This document shows positions 1 through 9,979 of a stretch of 64,000 nt of DNA, piece by piece. The notes below the pieces were generated by a model that made no database searches, had not been told where the DNA came from, and saw only the letters and a list, made by a program, of their open reading frames with translations. The position numbers and the translations under genes are program-made. This stretch comes from Candidatus Latescibacterota bacterium (GTDB lineage: Bacteria; Latescibacterota; UBA2968; GCA-2709665). Numbering within the stretch: the stretch's first letter is position 1; each line of letters opens with the position of its first letter. The stretch is from positions 864,001-928,000 of the forward strand of contig OZ250150.1 of the NCBI GenBank assembly GCA_965237675.1, written 5' to 3'.

Positions 1-360
1 TCTCGTTGCAACCGACAGATCATGAGCCCTGGCAGTTCCGGCAATGAGCGCATCCCCCAGGTCCAGCACCCGTCCGAATCGATGCGCCTGTGCACGAAAG
101 TAGGCCGCCCACTCTGCTCCCATTCTGTCCAGAGGCAGGATGCGGTCCTGGTAATCTGGGATGAACCCTGACAGCACCGAGCGCAATACGTCGCGACGTT
201 GTCCATGAGGCAATAGCTGCAAACAAAACTCCAACTCATGCACTACCATCGCCGACAACCATAAGTCGTCCTGCTCAGCCAGGAATGCCATAACCTGCGA
301 GTCCGGCGCGCTTCTGGTCAGTTCTGAGACGATGTTTGTGTCCAGGAGAAAGCCGCTCAC
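1..360 (-). CDS. vapC: VapC/PIN-domain toxin (runs off the window's left edge)
   Basis: Not in ORF track. Manual translation from GTG at 360 gives VSGFLLDTNIVSELT...VHELEF...LGDALIAGTARAHDLSVATR (PIN motifs DTN, E, DALIA, ATR). GTGA overlap with the antitoxin stop codon. Confidence 0.9.
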   Translation of the reverse strand, partial: MSGFLLDTNIVSELTRSAPDSQVMAFLAEQDDLWLSAMVVHELEFCLQLLPHGQRRDVLRSVLSGFIPDYQDRILPLDRMGAEWAAYFRAQAHRFGRVLDLGDALIAGTARAHDLSVATR

Positions 361-641
361 CCCGTTCCTCCGTCGTCGAACGGAATCTCCCGCCGGGACG
401 TTCGATCGCCGGGGATTTCGAGATTCACGCCGCGCGGCATGTTGTCGATCAACCACTGGCCAAGCGGTTTGCGCGGAGACGACTGAGCCTTCCATACGTG
501 CTCGGGCACCACAACGAAGGCCTTCCGCGCGCCGATGCGCTGCGGGCCTTCCTCTTCGGAAAGACGAAGGATTTCAGACAACCGTGCCTTGGCCTCTGCG
601 ACAGTCCAGACCCGGCGTGGTTTGGCATATTGGGTGGTCAT
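357..641 (-). CDS. Phd/YefM-type antitoxin
   Basis: MTTQ...WTVAEAKARLSEILRLSEEEGPQRI is the Phd/YefM N-terminal signature. GGAG RBS upstream; translationally coupled to the PIN toxin. Confidence 0.85.
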   Translation of the reverse strand: MTTQYAKPRRVWTVAEAKARLSEILRLSEEEGPQRIGARKAFVVVPEHVWKAQSSPRKPLGQWLIDNMPRGVNLEIPGDRTSRREIPFDDGGTG

Positions 642-835
642 ATATTCTCCTGTCGTTGTATAGTAGTCCAATATAGACCATTTTAATCGGTAAATCAAGG
701 GGTTTCATATCGGCTATCTGTAAATACGGCCGATCCTCGACCAAAGAGGACCGGCCAACCATGTCGACGATGCGACCCGGCCAGTATCCTTACATATTAC
801 AGGGAGCAACCTATAGTTTACATCCTCCGCAGCAG

Positions 836-996
836 CAGTTGAGCCTGTCGAAACGAGCTTGTCGAAATGTGTACGCTGAGCTTGTCGAAGCGCCCGCGTT
901 TCGACACCCGTTCGGTCCCCTTAGACAGCCCTTCACCGACCCTTCAACCCTTCCGACGGGCTCAGGGACCGCAAGCTCAGGGAGCGGCTCAGGGAA
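836..996. repeat. REP/MITE-like composite repeat, family A (GAGCTTGTCGAA / CAAGCTCAGGG)
   Basis: Several internal copies of the motif. The GCTTGTCGAAxxGCCCGxGTTTCG block recurs at 46101 and 58825. Confidence 0.7.
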
Positions 997-1126
997 CACC
1001 GTATGGTTTACATCCTCCTCTGTAGCAGAGGTAAAAACCGTCAACTATTTTCCGTTCCTGGTAATAAGATTTCTTGTGAAATCATAAGAATTCTTATGGT
1101 TTCACATCAGATGCCTGGATGGCGGA

Positions 1127-3571
1127 TCAGGATGTCAATTTCTCGCGGCGGGGATCGTAGAGGGGTTCGCGCGACACCCAGGCGCGGTAACATTTGCCGA
1201 AGTATTCGATTTCGACGGATGTTCCCGGCTTCGCGCACTCCTGCGGGAGATAGCCGTAGGCGATGAATTTGCCAATGGTGTATCCGTGGTTGGCGCTGGT
1301 GACGTATCCGAGGACGCGGCTGCCGTCCAGTATGGGTTCTTTCCCCATCACAACCGCACATGGGTCGTCCAGGGTGAGGCAACAGAGTTTCCGGGTGATT
1401 CCCTGTTCCCGGATTTTCAACAGGGCGTCTCGCCCCACGAAATCGCCTTTGTCGAGTCTGACGGCCCAGCCGATGCCGGCTTCGTAGGGGTTGTATTCCG
1501 TATGAATATCCGCGCCCCAGAGGCGGTATCCCTTTCCAAGACGGAGCGCGTCGAACGCGCCGCCGCCGAGTGCGGCGAGACCATGGGCGCGGCCGACCTC
1601 CCAGAGCGTGTCCCACAGGCGAAGCCCGAATTCGGAGGGCGCGTAGATTTCCCATCCCAGTTCTCCCACGTAGGATACGCGCAGCGCAAGCGCGGGAACG
1701 GGACCGATCCGGATCTGCCGTGCGGAAAAATACGGGAATGCGCGGTTGGTCAGATCGTCGTTGCAGACCCTTTGAAGGAGCCTTCGGGCTTCGGGGCCCC
1801 ATAGGCCCAGGCCACAATAGGTGGATGTCACGTCGGCAATGTGAACGTCCCCATAATCCGCGGCCTGGAGGGAAATCCAGGCCAGGTCCCGGGCGCCGGC
1901 CGCGCCCGTGAGGACCAGAAATCTGTCGCCGGCCAGCCGTGTGACGGTCAGGTCGCAGGCGATTCCGCCCCGTGAATTGAGCAGGGCCGTATAGATGACC
2001 GTGCCGACCGGGCGGTCGATCTGATTGGCTGCGATACGTTGCAGAAATTCCAGGGCGCCCGCGCCGGCGAACTCGATTTTCGTGAAGGGCGTGAGGTCGC
2101 ACAGTACGGCGCGGCTTCGCGCGGCCCGGTGTTCGACGCCCTGAATGGCAGACCAGTATCGCGCTTCCCAGCCGCTTCGCGATGACAGATCGCCGTCTTC
2201 CAACAGGCCTCCGTTGGCTTCAAACCACTGCGGGCGTTCCCAGCCCGCGCCTTCGAAGAAGACGGCATCCAGTTCTTTCAGGCGCGGATGAAAAGGGCTG
2301 ACGCGCAGGTCGCGCGGATGATCCATCTGTTCCAGCGGATGAATAATATCGTAGACTTCGCGGTACTGCTGCGCCCCCCGGGCTTCGATATATTCCGGGG
2401 TGTGAACGTGCGGTCCGAAGCGGTTGACATCGGCCTCCCGGAGGTCGATTTCGGGCGCGCCGGTTTCCATCCATTGGGCCACGGCCTGCCCGACGCCGCC
2501 GCCGTGCGTGATCCACACCGCTTCGGCAACCCAGAGCCCGCGGACGTCGACGGACTCTCCAAGAAGGGGCGACCCGTCCGGTGTGAAGGAGAAAAGGCCG
2601 TTGATCCTGTAGTCGAGACCCGCGTGTTCCAGGGCGGGCAGAAGTTCGTCCGCCGCCTTTCGCGCCACCGTGAAGTGTCCGGGCGTGAAATCCATTATGG
2701 AGGGTGAGACCTTTGCTTCATCCGGGCTGACCAGGTCGTCCGGACTCACGAGCAGGGGTTCGTGTCTGTACGACCCGATGCCATACCGGTCGGCCTGCTG
2801 CCGGAAGTACATGGCGTAGTCCTGGTGGCGCAGGATGGGATGGACGACCTCCCGGGTTTCTCCCGCCAGTTCCGGAAGCGGCGACGTGAGGGCATATAGA
2901 TGCTGAACGGGCGCGAGCGGAATGGAAATGCCCGCCATGCGACCGATTCGAGGCCCCCAGATTCCCGCGCAGATCAACACCTGGTCCGCGGCGATACGAC
3001 CCCGATCGGTGATGACGGCCCGGACCCGGCCGTTGACAACCTCGACGCCGGTGACTGTGGTTCCGCCTCGAAACGTCGCGCCGGGTTCCGAGGCGCGTGC
3101 CATGGCTTCGCAGGCGCGTACGGCTTTGGCAATGCCGTCGGAGGGCACGTAGTACGCGCCATGGATTCGATCCGCATCCAGGAGGGTGAGTTTTGCCCTG
3201 GTCTCCTCGGGCGAAATGAGATGGGCTTCCAGGTTCCAGGACCGGGCGGCGCCCAGTTTGCGCTTCAGGTCTTCCAGCCGTTCGGGCGTGTACGCAACTT
3301 CGAGACTTCCGACCCCATAAAAACAGGGCTGGCCGGCCAGGTTCAGCGCGTTGTAGAGTGCAACCGCGTTTCGCGACAGATCGGTCATCATTTTCGAGAA
3401 ATTGGTCTGGAAAACCAGTCCGGGCGCATGGGAAGTCGACCCGCCGGTATCGAACAGTGGCCCCTGGTCCAGAACCACAATGTCCTTCCAACCCAGCCGG
3501 GTGAGATGATACACGGTGCTGCAACCGACGATGCCGGCGCCGATGACAACCAGGCGCGCGTGGGATTGCAT
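1127..3571 (-). CDS. GcvT-family FAD-dependent oxidoreductase (dimethylglycine/sarcosine dehydrogenase-like)
   Basis: GAGIVG Rossmann motif, GGSTSHAPG, FSFTPDG, WERPQWF, SYVGELGWE and a C-terminal aminomethyltransferase domain. Start placed at MQSH. Confidence 0.92.
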   Translation of the reverse strand: MQSHARLVVIGAGIVGCSTVYHLTRLGWKDIVVLDQGPLFDTGGSTSHAPGLVFQTNFSKMMTDLSRNAVALYNALNLAGQPCFYGVGSLEVAYTPERLEDLKRKLGAARSWNLEAHLISPEETRAKLTLLDADRIHGAYYVPSDGIAKAVRACEAMARASEPGATFRGGTTVTGVEVVNGRVRAVITDRGRIAADQVLICAGIWGPRIGRMAGISIPLAPVQHLYALTSPLPELAGETREVVHPILRHQDYAMYFRQQADRYGIGSYRHEPLLVSPDDLVSPDEAKVSPSIMDFTPGHFTVARKAADELLPALEHAGLDYRINGLFSFTPDGSPLLGESVDVRGLWVAEAVWITHGGGVGQAVAQWMETGAPEIDLREADVNRFGPHVHTPEYIEARGAQQYREVYDIIHPLEQMDHPRDLRVSPFHPRLKELDAVFFEGAGWERPQWFEANGGLLEDGDLSSRSGWEARYWSAIQGVEHRAARSRAVLCDLTPFTKIEFAGAGALEFLQRIAANQIDRPVGTVIYTALLNSRGGIACDLTVTRLAGDRFLVLTGAAGARDLAWISLQAADYGDVHIADVTSTYCGLGLWGPEARRLLQRVCNDDLTNRAFPYFSARQIRIGPVPALALRVSYVGELGWEIYAPSEFGLRLWDTLWEVGRAHGLAALGGGAFDALRLGKGYRLWGADIHTEYNPYEAGIGWAVRLDKGDFVGRDALLKIREQGITRKLCCLTLDDPCAVVMGKEPILDGSRVLGYVTSANHGYTIGKFIAYGYLPQECAKPGTSVEIEYFGKCYRAWVSREPLYDPRREKLTS

Positions 3572-3789
3572 GGCGGCCTCTCCGATTATGCCGGACAACG
3601 GAATCGCCCGCGCATCAGGGCGACTGAGATGCGCCCAGATTCGAATAAATCGCTTGACATTGATACTTCAGTTATTTTCTTTATTATCCTATACCTGGTT
3701 GTGGTGTCCTGAAGAAGGGTTTCGGGTACCCGATGATTCCTGAGACGACCGGAACCTACCAACGAATCACAAGAATAAGGAGGTCTGTT

Positions 3790-4425
3790 ATGCCATTGCG
3801 ATTGGGAGACGACGCGCCCGATTTCACCGCGCAGACGACGGAAGGTACGGTCCGCTTTCACGAATGGCTGGGAGACGGCTGGGGCATCCTGTTCTCGCAT
3901 CCGGCCGATTTTACGCCGGTTTGTACCACCGAACTGGGCGTTGTGGCCAAGCTGAAAGCGGAGTTTGCGAAGCGAAACGTAAAGGTCATCGGGGTGAGCG
4001 TGGACCCGCTTGATTCCCATAACAGCTGGGTTAGCGACATTAACGAGACCCAGAATACCACCGTAAACTTCCCGCTGATCGCAGATCCGGACAAAAGCGT
4101 GGCCAGCATGTACGACATGATCCATCCGAACGAAGACGACAAGGCAACGGTACGGTCCGTATTCGTAATCGGGCCGGACAAGAAGGTCAAACTCACATTG
4201 ACCTATCCGGCTTCTACCGGAAGGAATTTCGCCGAAATTCTGCGGGCAATCGATTCGCTGCAGCTCACGGCCTATCACCAGGTGGCCACACCGGCCAACT
4301 GGGAGGACGGCGAGGATTGTATCATCGTTCCAGCGGTGACCGACGAAGAGGCAACCGAAAAATTCCCCAAGGGGTTTACGACTGTGAAGCCGTATTTGAG
4401 GTACACCCCGCAGCCGAACAAATAG
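3790..4425 (+). CDS. 1-Cys peroxiredoxin (Prx6 type)
   Basis: FSHPADFTPVCTTE, YPASTGRNF, VATPANW. AGGAGG RBS before ATG 3790. Confidence 0.95.
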   Translation: MPLRLGDDAPDFTAQTTEGTVRFHEWLGDGWGILFSHPADFTPVCTTELGVVAKLKAEFAKRNVKVIGVSVDPLDSHNSWVSDINETQNTTVNFPLIADPDKSVASMYDMIHPNEDDKATVRSVFVIGPDKKVKLTLTYPASTGRNFAEILRAIDSLQLTAYHQVATPANWEDGEDCIIVPAVTDEEATEKFPKGFTTVKPYLRYTPQPNK

Positions 4426-4441
4426 CCGGAATCTTACCTGT

Positions 4442-4489
4442 CAGCCTGCAATGCTCCTCCTTGAGAGATGCGTTGCAGGCTGTTTTTTT
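4442..4489 (+). terminator. Rho-independent terminator after peroxiredoxin
   Basis: CAGCCTGCAA...TTGCAGGCTG stem followed by T7. Confidence 0.75.
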
Positions 4490-4612
4490 GTTGGGTGCAG
4501 CGCACGCTTCGGGTCAACGGTAGAAGGGTACCGCGTTTCGCGAGCCGGTTGTGGACGCCGCCAATCCAGGGGCTTCTCCGGAAGCCGGAACATCCATCCG
4601 AGTCGCCAGGTA

Positions 4613-5290
4613 TTATGTGACGAGTCCGCTTATGTCCTGCAGGCTGGATATTTCGTAGTGAGGCTCTGGAATGTGCGGTTTGAGTGCTTCACCTTTACGG
4701 TTCAGCCAGGCGACCTTGATGCCCGCCCGCCGTGCGCCGACAATGTCGTCGTCCTGGGAATCGCCCACGTAGAGGGTTTCTTCGGGGCGGCTGCCGATCA
4801 GGCGCAGGGCTTCGTGAAAGATTTCCGGTGCCGGCTTGTAGGAGCGGGCGGACTCGGAACTGACGACCACGGGAAACGCCAGGTTGTTCCTCCTGAGTGC
4901 GCGGTTCAGATGGTCGTCATCCGCATTGGATACCACGCCCGTTCTGAACGAACCGAGTCCGGCCAGCGCGGGCTCGACGTCTTCGAAGATGGGCACATTG
5001 GCAAATGCGGCGAACAAGCCGTCGGGGTAGTGTTCGAAGGAAACTCGTCTGCCGAGGTTCTCGAACGTCTGTCCAAGGCTGATGAGATGCGCCTGCCGCA
5101 TGGTGTAAAATGTATCGCCCTGAATAAGCGGGAAAAACGACCGGTCCCAGGTTTCAAAAAAATCCTGTCCGGACATGCCGACGTCCTGTTCATTGACGAT
5201 GCGGTCACACAGGGCATGGAGTTTCTCCATGGCGCCAGCGAGGAGGGTTTCGTAAGCGTCAAATAATATGGTGGTGATACCGTTCGCCAT
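4613..5290 (-). CDS. HAD-superfamily hydrolase
   Basis: FDAYETL, VVSN, YKPAPEIF, YVGDSQDDD motifs. Confidence 0.9.
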   Translation of the reverse strand: MANGITTILFDAYETLLAGAMEKLHALCDRIVNEQDVGMSGQDFFETWDRSFFPLIQGDTFYTMRQAHLISLGQTFENLGRRVSFEHYPDGLFAAFANVPIFEDVEPALAGLGSFRTGVVSNADDDHLNRALRRNNLAFPVVVSSESARSYKPAPEIFHEALRLIGSRPEETLYVGDSQDDDIVGARRAGIKVAWLNRKGEALKPHIPEPHYEISSLQDISGLVT

Positions 5291-5348
5291 TAACGGAGAT
5301 CCTTCCCCACAGTTTCAGATATCGGCTCTCCGCGTTCAGGGCAAGACG

Positions 5349-7127
5349 CTACTGTCCCGCCCGCTTTGCGGATACGCCACGGCCCCTTGAGGCGACAGGT
5401 TCGGTGGGGGCTTCATTGCTGTATAGGGCGCCGCCCCGCTCGTAGGAAACCGATACCTGCCCGTTGTTGACTTCCAGGCGGGGAACGTTTTGGTTGAAGA
5501 CGTCCCGGTCAGGGCCGCGCATGACCGCCAACTGGACGTCAGTCATGTCGGCTACGAGGTCACCCCACCGGTTCTCGGGGTGGGCCATCTCGCCGCCGCT
5601 GCGGTTGAAACTGCGGGAGGAATACTTGATGAGAATTGCCCGGCGGTCGTTTTCGTTTTTCCATGCCAACGCGCCATGCGTCTGTCCCCCGTCCATAAAG
5701 AAAAGCACGTCGCCGGCTTTCATTTCGGGCTGGACGACCAGGCCCATGTCGTCGTCGCAGGATCGCACGCCGGGCGGCAGGCGGTACTGGGCTTTATGGC
5801 TGCCGGGCACGCAGGCGAATCCCCCCATGCCGGCGGGCACGTCTCGCAACTGCCAGGTGACCGTCACGGCCTCGCAATAGCTCCGGCCGTTCTGGTAAAC
5901 ATATCCGCGGCCCGGGTTGAGCGGCTCGTTGGCGTCGTGCAGGGAGTGTCCGGAACCGCCCTTGACGGAGCAGAAGGCCGTGGCGTCGCCCAACCGTCCG
6001 CCGCTGGCGCCCATCCAGTTCAGGCGGTGCTCCACGACGGGGTGCGCGACCATTCGCCGGAAGGGATTGCAGTAGGGTTCCGGAAGTTGTAGAAGGTTGG
6101 ACAGCAGCGGCCTGCCGGTTCCAGCCAGAGTTTTCGATCCTCTGGAGAGTTCCCTGCCCACTTCGATCCGGTCTTCGTATCTATCGATGGCGTCGTTGGC
6201 CTGTTCCAGCCACGCTTCGTCCATCACGTTGCGGAGGATGAGGTGACCGCACAGATCCAAGAAGTAGAACTCTTTCTCGTCGATCCCGGATTTCGGATTC
6301 CTGACGTAAATGGACGGATGATAGACCTCACGGGATTCGTCGAGGCGCACCGACTCTCCGTCCGTGAGGATGGTGGGCGGCGGCGTGGTGCTTTTGTAGC
6401 CGGGTCGCCAGAGGGAGGCCTTCTGTTCGGCGGTGATGGCGGACATCCATTCGGGCGTGGGGTTTTCTCCGGTTTTGGGGCCGCTTCCGGCGGAGCGGAT
6501 GACGCCCCGGCCCGCGAACTCGTAAGAGAGAAGGCGCTGGGGATCGTTCCCCGCCCACGGTCGCATGCCCTGCAGCAGGGCGCCGGCGACCAGGAGCAGG
6601 TCGCCCGCTTTGAGCGTGGGCTGTAGCGTGAGCCCCATGTCGTCCGTACCGGTGAGCACGTCGTCGGGGGTCTCCACGTTGGACTTGTGAGAACAGGGTA
6701 CTATAACGAAACCTCCCGCGCCCGCCTCCGCATCCGCAAGGGCCCACACGGCGCGAACCGTTTCACTGAAGCGGCGTCCATTCTGGTAGTAGTAGGCCCG
6801 GGTGGGATCGCGCGGTTCGTTGCCGCCCTCAAGAGGCGCATCCGGTTCGCACGTGGCGTCGTAGAGCAATTCCGGTTCGGTTTCCAGACGGAAGCCCTGC
6901 CCGACAATCTGATTGAGATACCAGACGAGTTGGGGATCGATCAGAAGGTCGCGGAAGGGTTTGCGAAGGGGGTGAGGCCACCCCAACATGCCCTGCGACC
7001 TCCCGCCGGCATCGATTGCTGAATTCAAGGCGGCGATTTCTCCCCTTGCCAGTACGCCTCTGACAATAAGGTATCCGCCGACGTCGAAGCAATAGTTCTC
7101 TTCGTTGCTCATTGATTCGCGGTCCAT
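5349..7127 (-). CDS. Tandem two-domain PhyH (phytanoyl-CoA dioxygenase)-family protein
   Basis: Two internal repeats (GGFVIVPCSHK / GGFACVPGSHK; LKAGD / MKAGD; YQNGR twice). Start placed at MDRES. Confidence 0.85.
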   Translation of the reverse strand: MDRESMSNEENYCFDVGGYLIVRGVLARGEIAALNSAIDAGGRSQGMLGWPHPLRKPFRDLLIDPQLVWYLNQIVGQGFRLETEPELLYDATCEPDAPLEGGNEPRDPTRAYYYQNGRRFSETVRAVWALADAEAGAGGFVIVPCSHKSNVETPDDVLTGTDDMGLTLQPTLKAGDLLLVAGALLQGMRPWAGNDPQRLLSYEFAGRGVIRSAGSGPKTGENPTPEWMSAITAEQKASLWRPGYKSTTPPPTILTDGESVRLDESREVYHPSIYVRNPKSGIDEKEFYFLDLCGHLILRNVMDEAWLEQANDAIDRYEDRIEVGRELSRGSKTLAGTGRPLLSNLLQLPEPYCNPFRRMVAHPVVEHRLNWMGASGGRLGDATAFCSVKGGSGHSLHDANEPLNPGRGYVYQNGRSYCEAVTVTWQLRDVPAGMGGFACVPGSHKAQYRLPPGVRSCDDDMGLVVQPEMKAGDVLFFMDGGQTHGALAWKNENDRRAILIKYSSRSFNRSGGEMAHPENRWGDLVADMTDVQLAVMRGPDRDVFNQNVPRLEVNNGQVSVSYERGGALYSNEAPTEPVASRGRGVSAKRAGQ

Positions 7128-7158
7128 ATTTCTTTCTCCCTGAAATGTGGTTTGGAAA

Positions 7159-8070
7159 TCAGGATCCATCCGCCCATTTTTCCCGTTCCCATTGCTTCTG
7201 TCCAATCCGTTCCACGTAGTCCTTGCCTTTGTACTTCAAAAGCCATCCCTTGAGCGGGACATCGGCATCCGTCGGCTGCCACCATCCTTTGACATCCACC
7301 CCGTCGCCCAGAAGTTGGCGTCGAACCGGATCGCATCTTTCGAGTACCCTATCCGGCATCACGTTGTAGTCCAATCCTCTGAGCCAGCGATAGCTGTATC
7401 CCAGGAATACCACTTTTCGCGTTGTATCGGACGTATTCAACCCCCGCGCATGCCATAAACGCCTGTCGAAGAGGACCGCTGTTCCTGCTTTTACCCGGAC
7501 CTGCATCATGTCTTCGAAGCCTGACGCCCTGGTTGACCCATTGCCGCCGTCGGGCCAGCGGTCTGGCGGGATGTCGCGTTTGTGGCTGCCCGGAACGATG
7601 CGAATTCCACCCCGGTCGGGGTCGCTGGTGTCAGATAGCCAGAATGCGACTTTCAGCGAAAGCCGGGGATGTGGACGCTCCATCTCCGGTACGGGACGGC
7701 CGCCATCCTGATGCCAGCCGCCGGTTCTCGTATCAGCCGTGTCTCGCGGCTCCGGCGGATAGTAGACCAGGTGCGAAATATAGTGCTGGACATTCCAGCC
7801 CAGTATGTCCCAGATGAGAGGGAATGTACATGGCAAGTCCAGTAATTCCAGTAAGGCGACGTCTTCGACAATGGTTCGAAATTTGTTCATGATTTGACCG
7901 GGCCCGAGCCCCTGTTCTTCGCGTTCACGCGCATCGACGCGGTCACAGGCGTCCAACAGCCGTTCCAGCATTCGCGAATCCAGTGCATTTTCGACGATCA
8001 GAAAGCCTTTCTGATCGAAGTGTTCCCGCTGTTCGTCCGTCATACAATGGTCAAGACAGGTTGTGTCCAT
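7159..8070 (-). CDS. PhyH-family Fe(II)/2OG dioxygenase
   Basis: WHQDG (HxD), VPGSH, KAGTAVLFDRRLWHA. Confidence 0.9.
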   Translation of the reverse strand: MDTTCLDHCMTDEQREHFDQKGFLIVENALDSRMLERLLDACDRVDAREREEQGLGPGQIMNKFRTIVEDVALLELLDLPCTFPLIWDILGWNVQHYISHLVYYPPEPRDTADTRTGGWHQDGGRPVPEMERPHPRLSLKVAFWLSDTSDPDRGGIRIVPGSHKRDIPPDRWPDGGNGSTRASGFEDMMQVRVKAGTAVLFDRRLWHARGLNTSDTTRKVVFLGYSYRWLRGLDYNVMPDRVLERCDPVRRQLLGDGVDVKGWWQPTDADVPLKGWLLKYKGKDYVERIGQKQWEREKWADGS

Positions 8071-8111
8071 TGCTATTTCTCCAACTTACGTATTTGCCGT
8101 CGTAAAAAGGC

Positions 8112-8305
8112 GGTAAGAGGGAAGACGGTAGACGGTAGAAAATCGGGTAGAGGTAAGAGGCAAGAGGGGAGAGGTGGTGGTAACTTTGCCAAATGACACT
8201 CCCGCATCGAGAGACTCGCCGAGAGACAGCTAAAGGAGACTTTACCGGGAGCGAGACCGGTGGGGTGGTGTGGCCCTCTTACTTCTCACGTCTTACGTCT
8301 TCCCG
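8112..8305. repeat. Degenerate heptamer tandem repeats in two inverted blocks
   Basis: ggtaaga-gggaaga-cggtaga-cggtaga...ggtaaga-ggcaaga, and the reverse-complementary block tcttact-tctcacg-tcttacg-tcttccc. Confidence 0.6.
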
Positions 8306-8489
8306 CCTTTTTTAGAATATCGGCCAGAACCTGGGGAAGGCAAGGACAAAAAACGGGGGGCGCAGGGTATTCGCGTTGATTTTTTCAGCCGGGCACATTA
8401 GATTGCGGCACCCCTGCGCCCGTACCTATCTTCTTCACCCGGGAAACAGGGCGCACGCGGATGTACATCTTCGAGAAAGTGAGAGTATA

Positions 8490-9887
8490 TTGGCTTCCCG
8501 GAAGACAAACGTCGTGTTTATATTAACGGATGACCAGGGGGTCTGGGCGGCGGGGTGCTACGGCAATCCCGAGATCCGTACGCCCAGTATCGACCGGATC
8601 GCGGACACCGGCGTGCGGTTCGAGAATTTTTTCGTGGCATCGCCAGTCTGTTCGCCCAGCCGTGCGTCGTTCTTGACGGGACGCATTCCTTCCCAGCATG
8701 GCGTCCACGATTGGATCAGAAATGGAAACGTGGGGCCGGATGCGGCTTCCTACCTGGCGGGAGAGGTGGCGTACACGGATGTGCTGGCGGAACACGGATG
8801 GACGTGCGGGATCAGCGGCAAGTGGCATCTGGGCAATAGCCGGATTCCGCAGCATGGGTTCGAGCACTGGTTTGTGCATCAACGGGGCGGCGGAAAATAC
8901 AACGATGCGCCGATGGTGCGGGACGGCAGGCTGATTACGGCGCCCGGATATGTGACCAACGTGATTACCGACGACGCGCTGGCATTCATCGACCGGCATG
9001 CGAACAACGATGACCCGTTCTACCTCGGCGTGCACTATACCGCGCCGCACAGTCCGTGGACGGGGCATCCGCAGGACGTCGTGGATTCCTACGAGGACTG
9101 CGCGTTTGCGTCGTGCCCGCAGGAGCCCCGGCATCCCTGGGCCATCGGGTTGACGGATCAATGTCTGGGCAACCGGGAAAAGTTGAAGGGATATTTCGCC
9201 GCCGTGACGGCAATGGACACCGCCGTGGGAAGGATTCTGGACAGGCTGGAGGCGCACGGCATTCGGGAACAGACACTGGTCGTCTTCGTCAGCGATAACG
9301 GGTTCAGTTGCGGGCACCACGGGTTCTGGGGCAAAGGGAACGGCACGCGTCCCCTGAACATGTACGAGAATTCCGTCAAGGTTCCGGCCGTGATGAGCCA
9401 TCCGGGACGAATTCCGGAAGGATTCGTACAGCCCGCGATGGTGAGCGCGTATGACTTTATGCCGACGCTTCTCGATTACCTGGACCTGCCGCTTCCGGAC
9501 GGACGAAATCTGCCGGGAAGGAGTTTCCTTCCCGCGTTGCTCGGCCGCGGAGATTCCGGCCGGGAATTCGTGGTCATTTACGACGAATACGGCCCCACCA
9601 GAATGGTGCGGACTGCGGATTGGAAATACGTTCACCGGTACATGGGAGGGCCGAACGAACTCTACGACCTGGTAAACGATGGGAATGAACGCGAGAATCG
9701 GGTGGGAGATGCCGGGCAGGCGTCGCGGGTTTCGGAGATGAGGGCAGTGCTGGAGGATTGGTTTTCGATCTATGCGGACCCGGAGAAAGACGGACGCGAG
9801 AGGGCCGTTACGGGCGGCGGACAACTGCGGCCGGTCGGAGGAGATTGGGAGGATGGCCGGGCCGCGTTCAATGAGAAGATCCCTTAG
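8490..9887 (+). CDS. Cys-type (formylglycine) sulfatase
   Basis: FILTDDQG, CSPSRASFLTG, GKWHLG, SDNG, ELYDL. Start (TTG 8490) is uncertain. Confidence 0.93.
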   Translation: MASRKTNVVFILTDDQGVWAAGCYGNPEIRTPSIDRIADTGVRFENFFVASPVCSPSRASFLTGRIPSQHGVHDWIRNGNVGPDAASYLAGEVAYTDVLAEHGWTCGISGKWHLGNSRIPQHGFEHWFVHQRGGGKYNDAPMVRDGRLITAPGYVTNVITDDALAFIDRHANNDDPFYLGVHYTAPHSPWTGHPQDVVDSYEDCAFASCPQEPRHPWAIGLTDQCLGNREKLKGYFAAVTAMDTAVGRILDRLEAHGIREQTLVVFVSDNGFSCGHHGFWGKGNGTRPLNMYENSVKVPAVMSHPGRIPEGFVQPAMVSAYDFMPTLLDYLDLPLPDGRNLPGRSFLPALLGRGDSGREFVVIYDEYGPTRMVRTADWKYVHRYMGGPNELYDLVNDGNERENRVGDAGQASRVSEMRAVLEDWFSIYADPEKDGRERAVTGGGQLRPVGGDWEDGRAAFNEKIP

Positions 9888-9979
9888 CCGGTACTCACGC
9901 CCGACGCGTGCCGGGGGGCCGGACCGGTCGGCGGTAAGCCGGCTCGATTGTCAAAAATTGTAAGCGCGAGGAGTAACCC

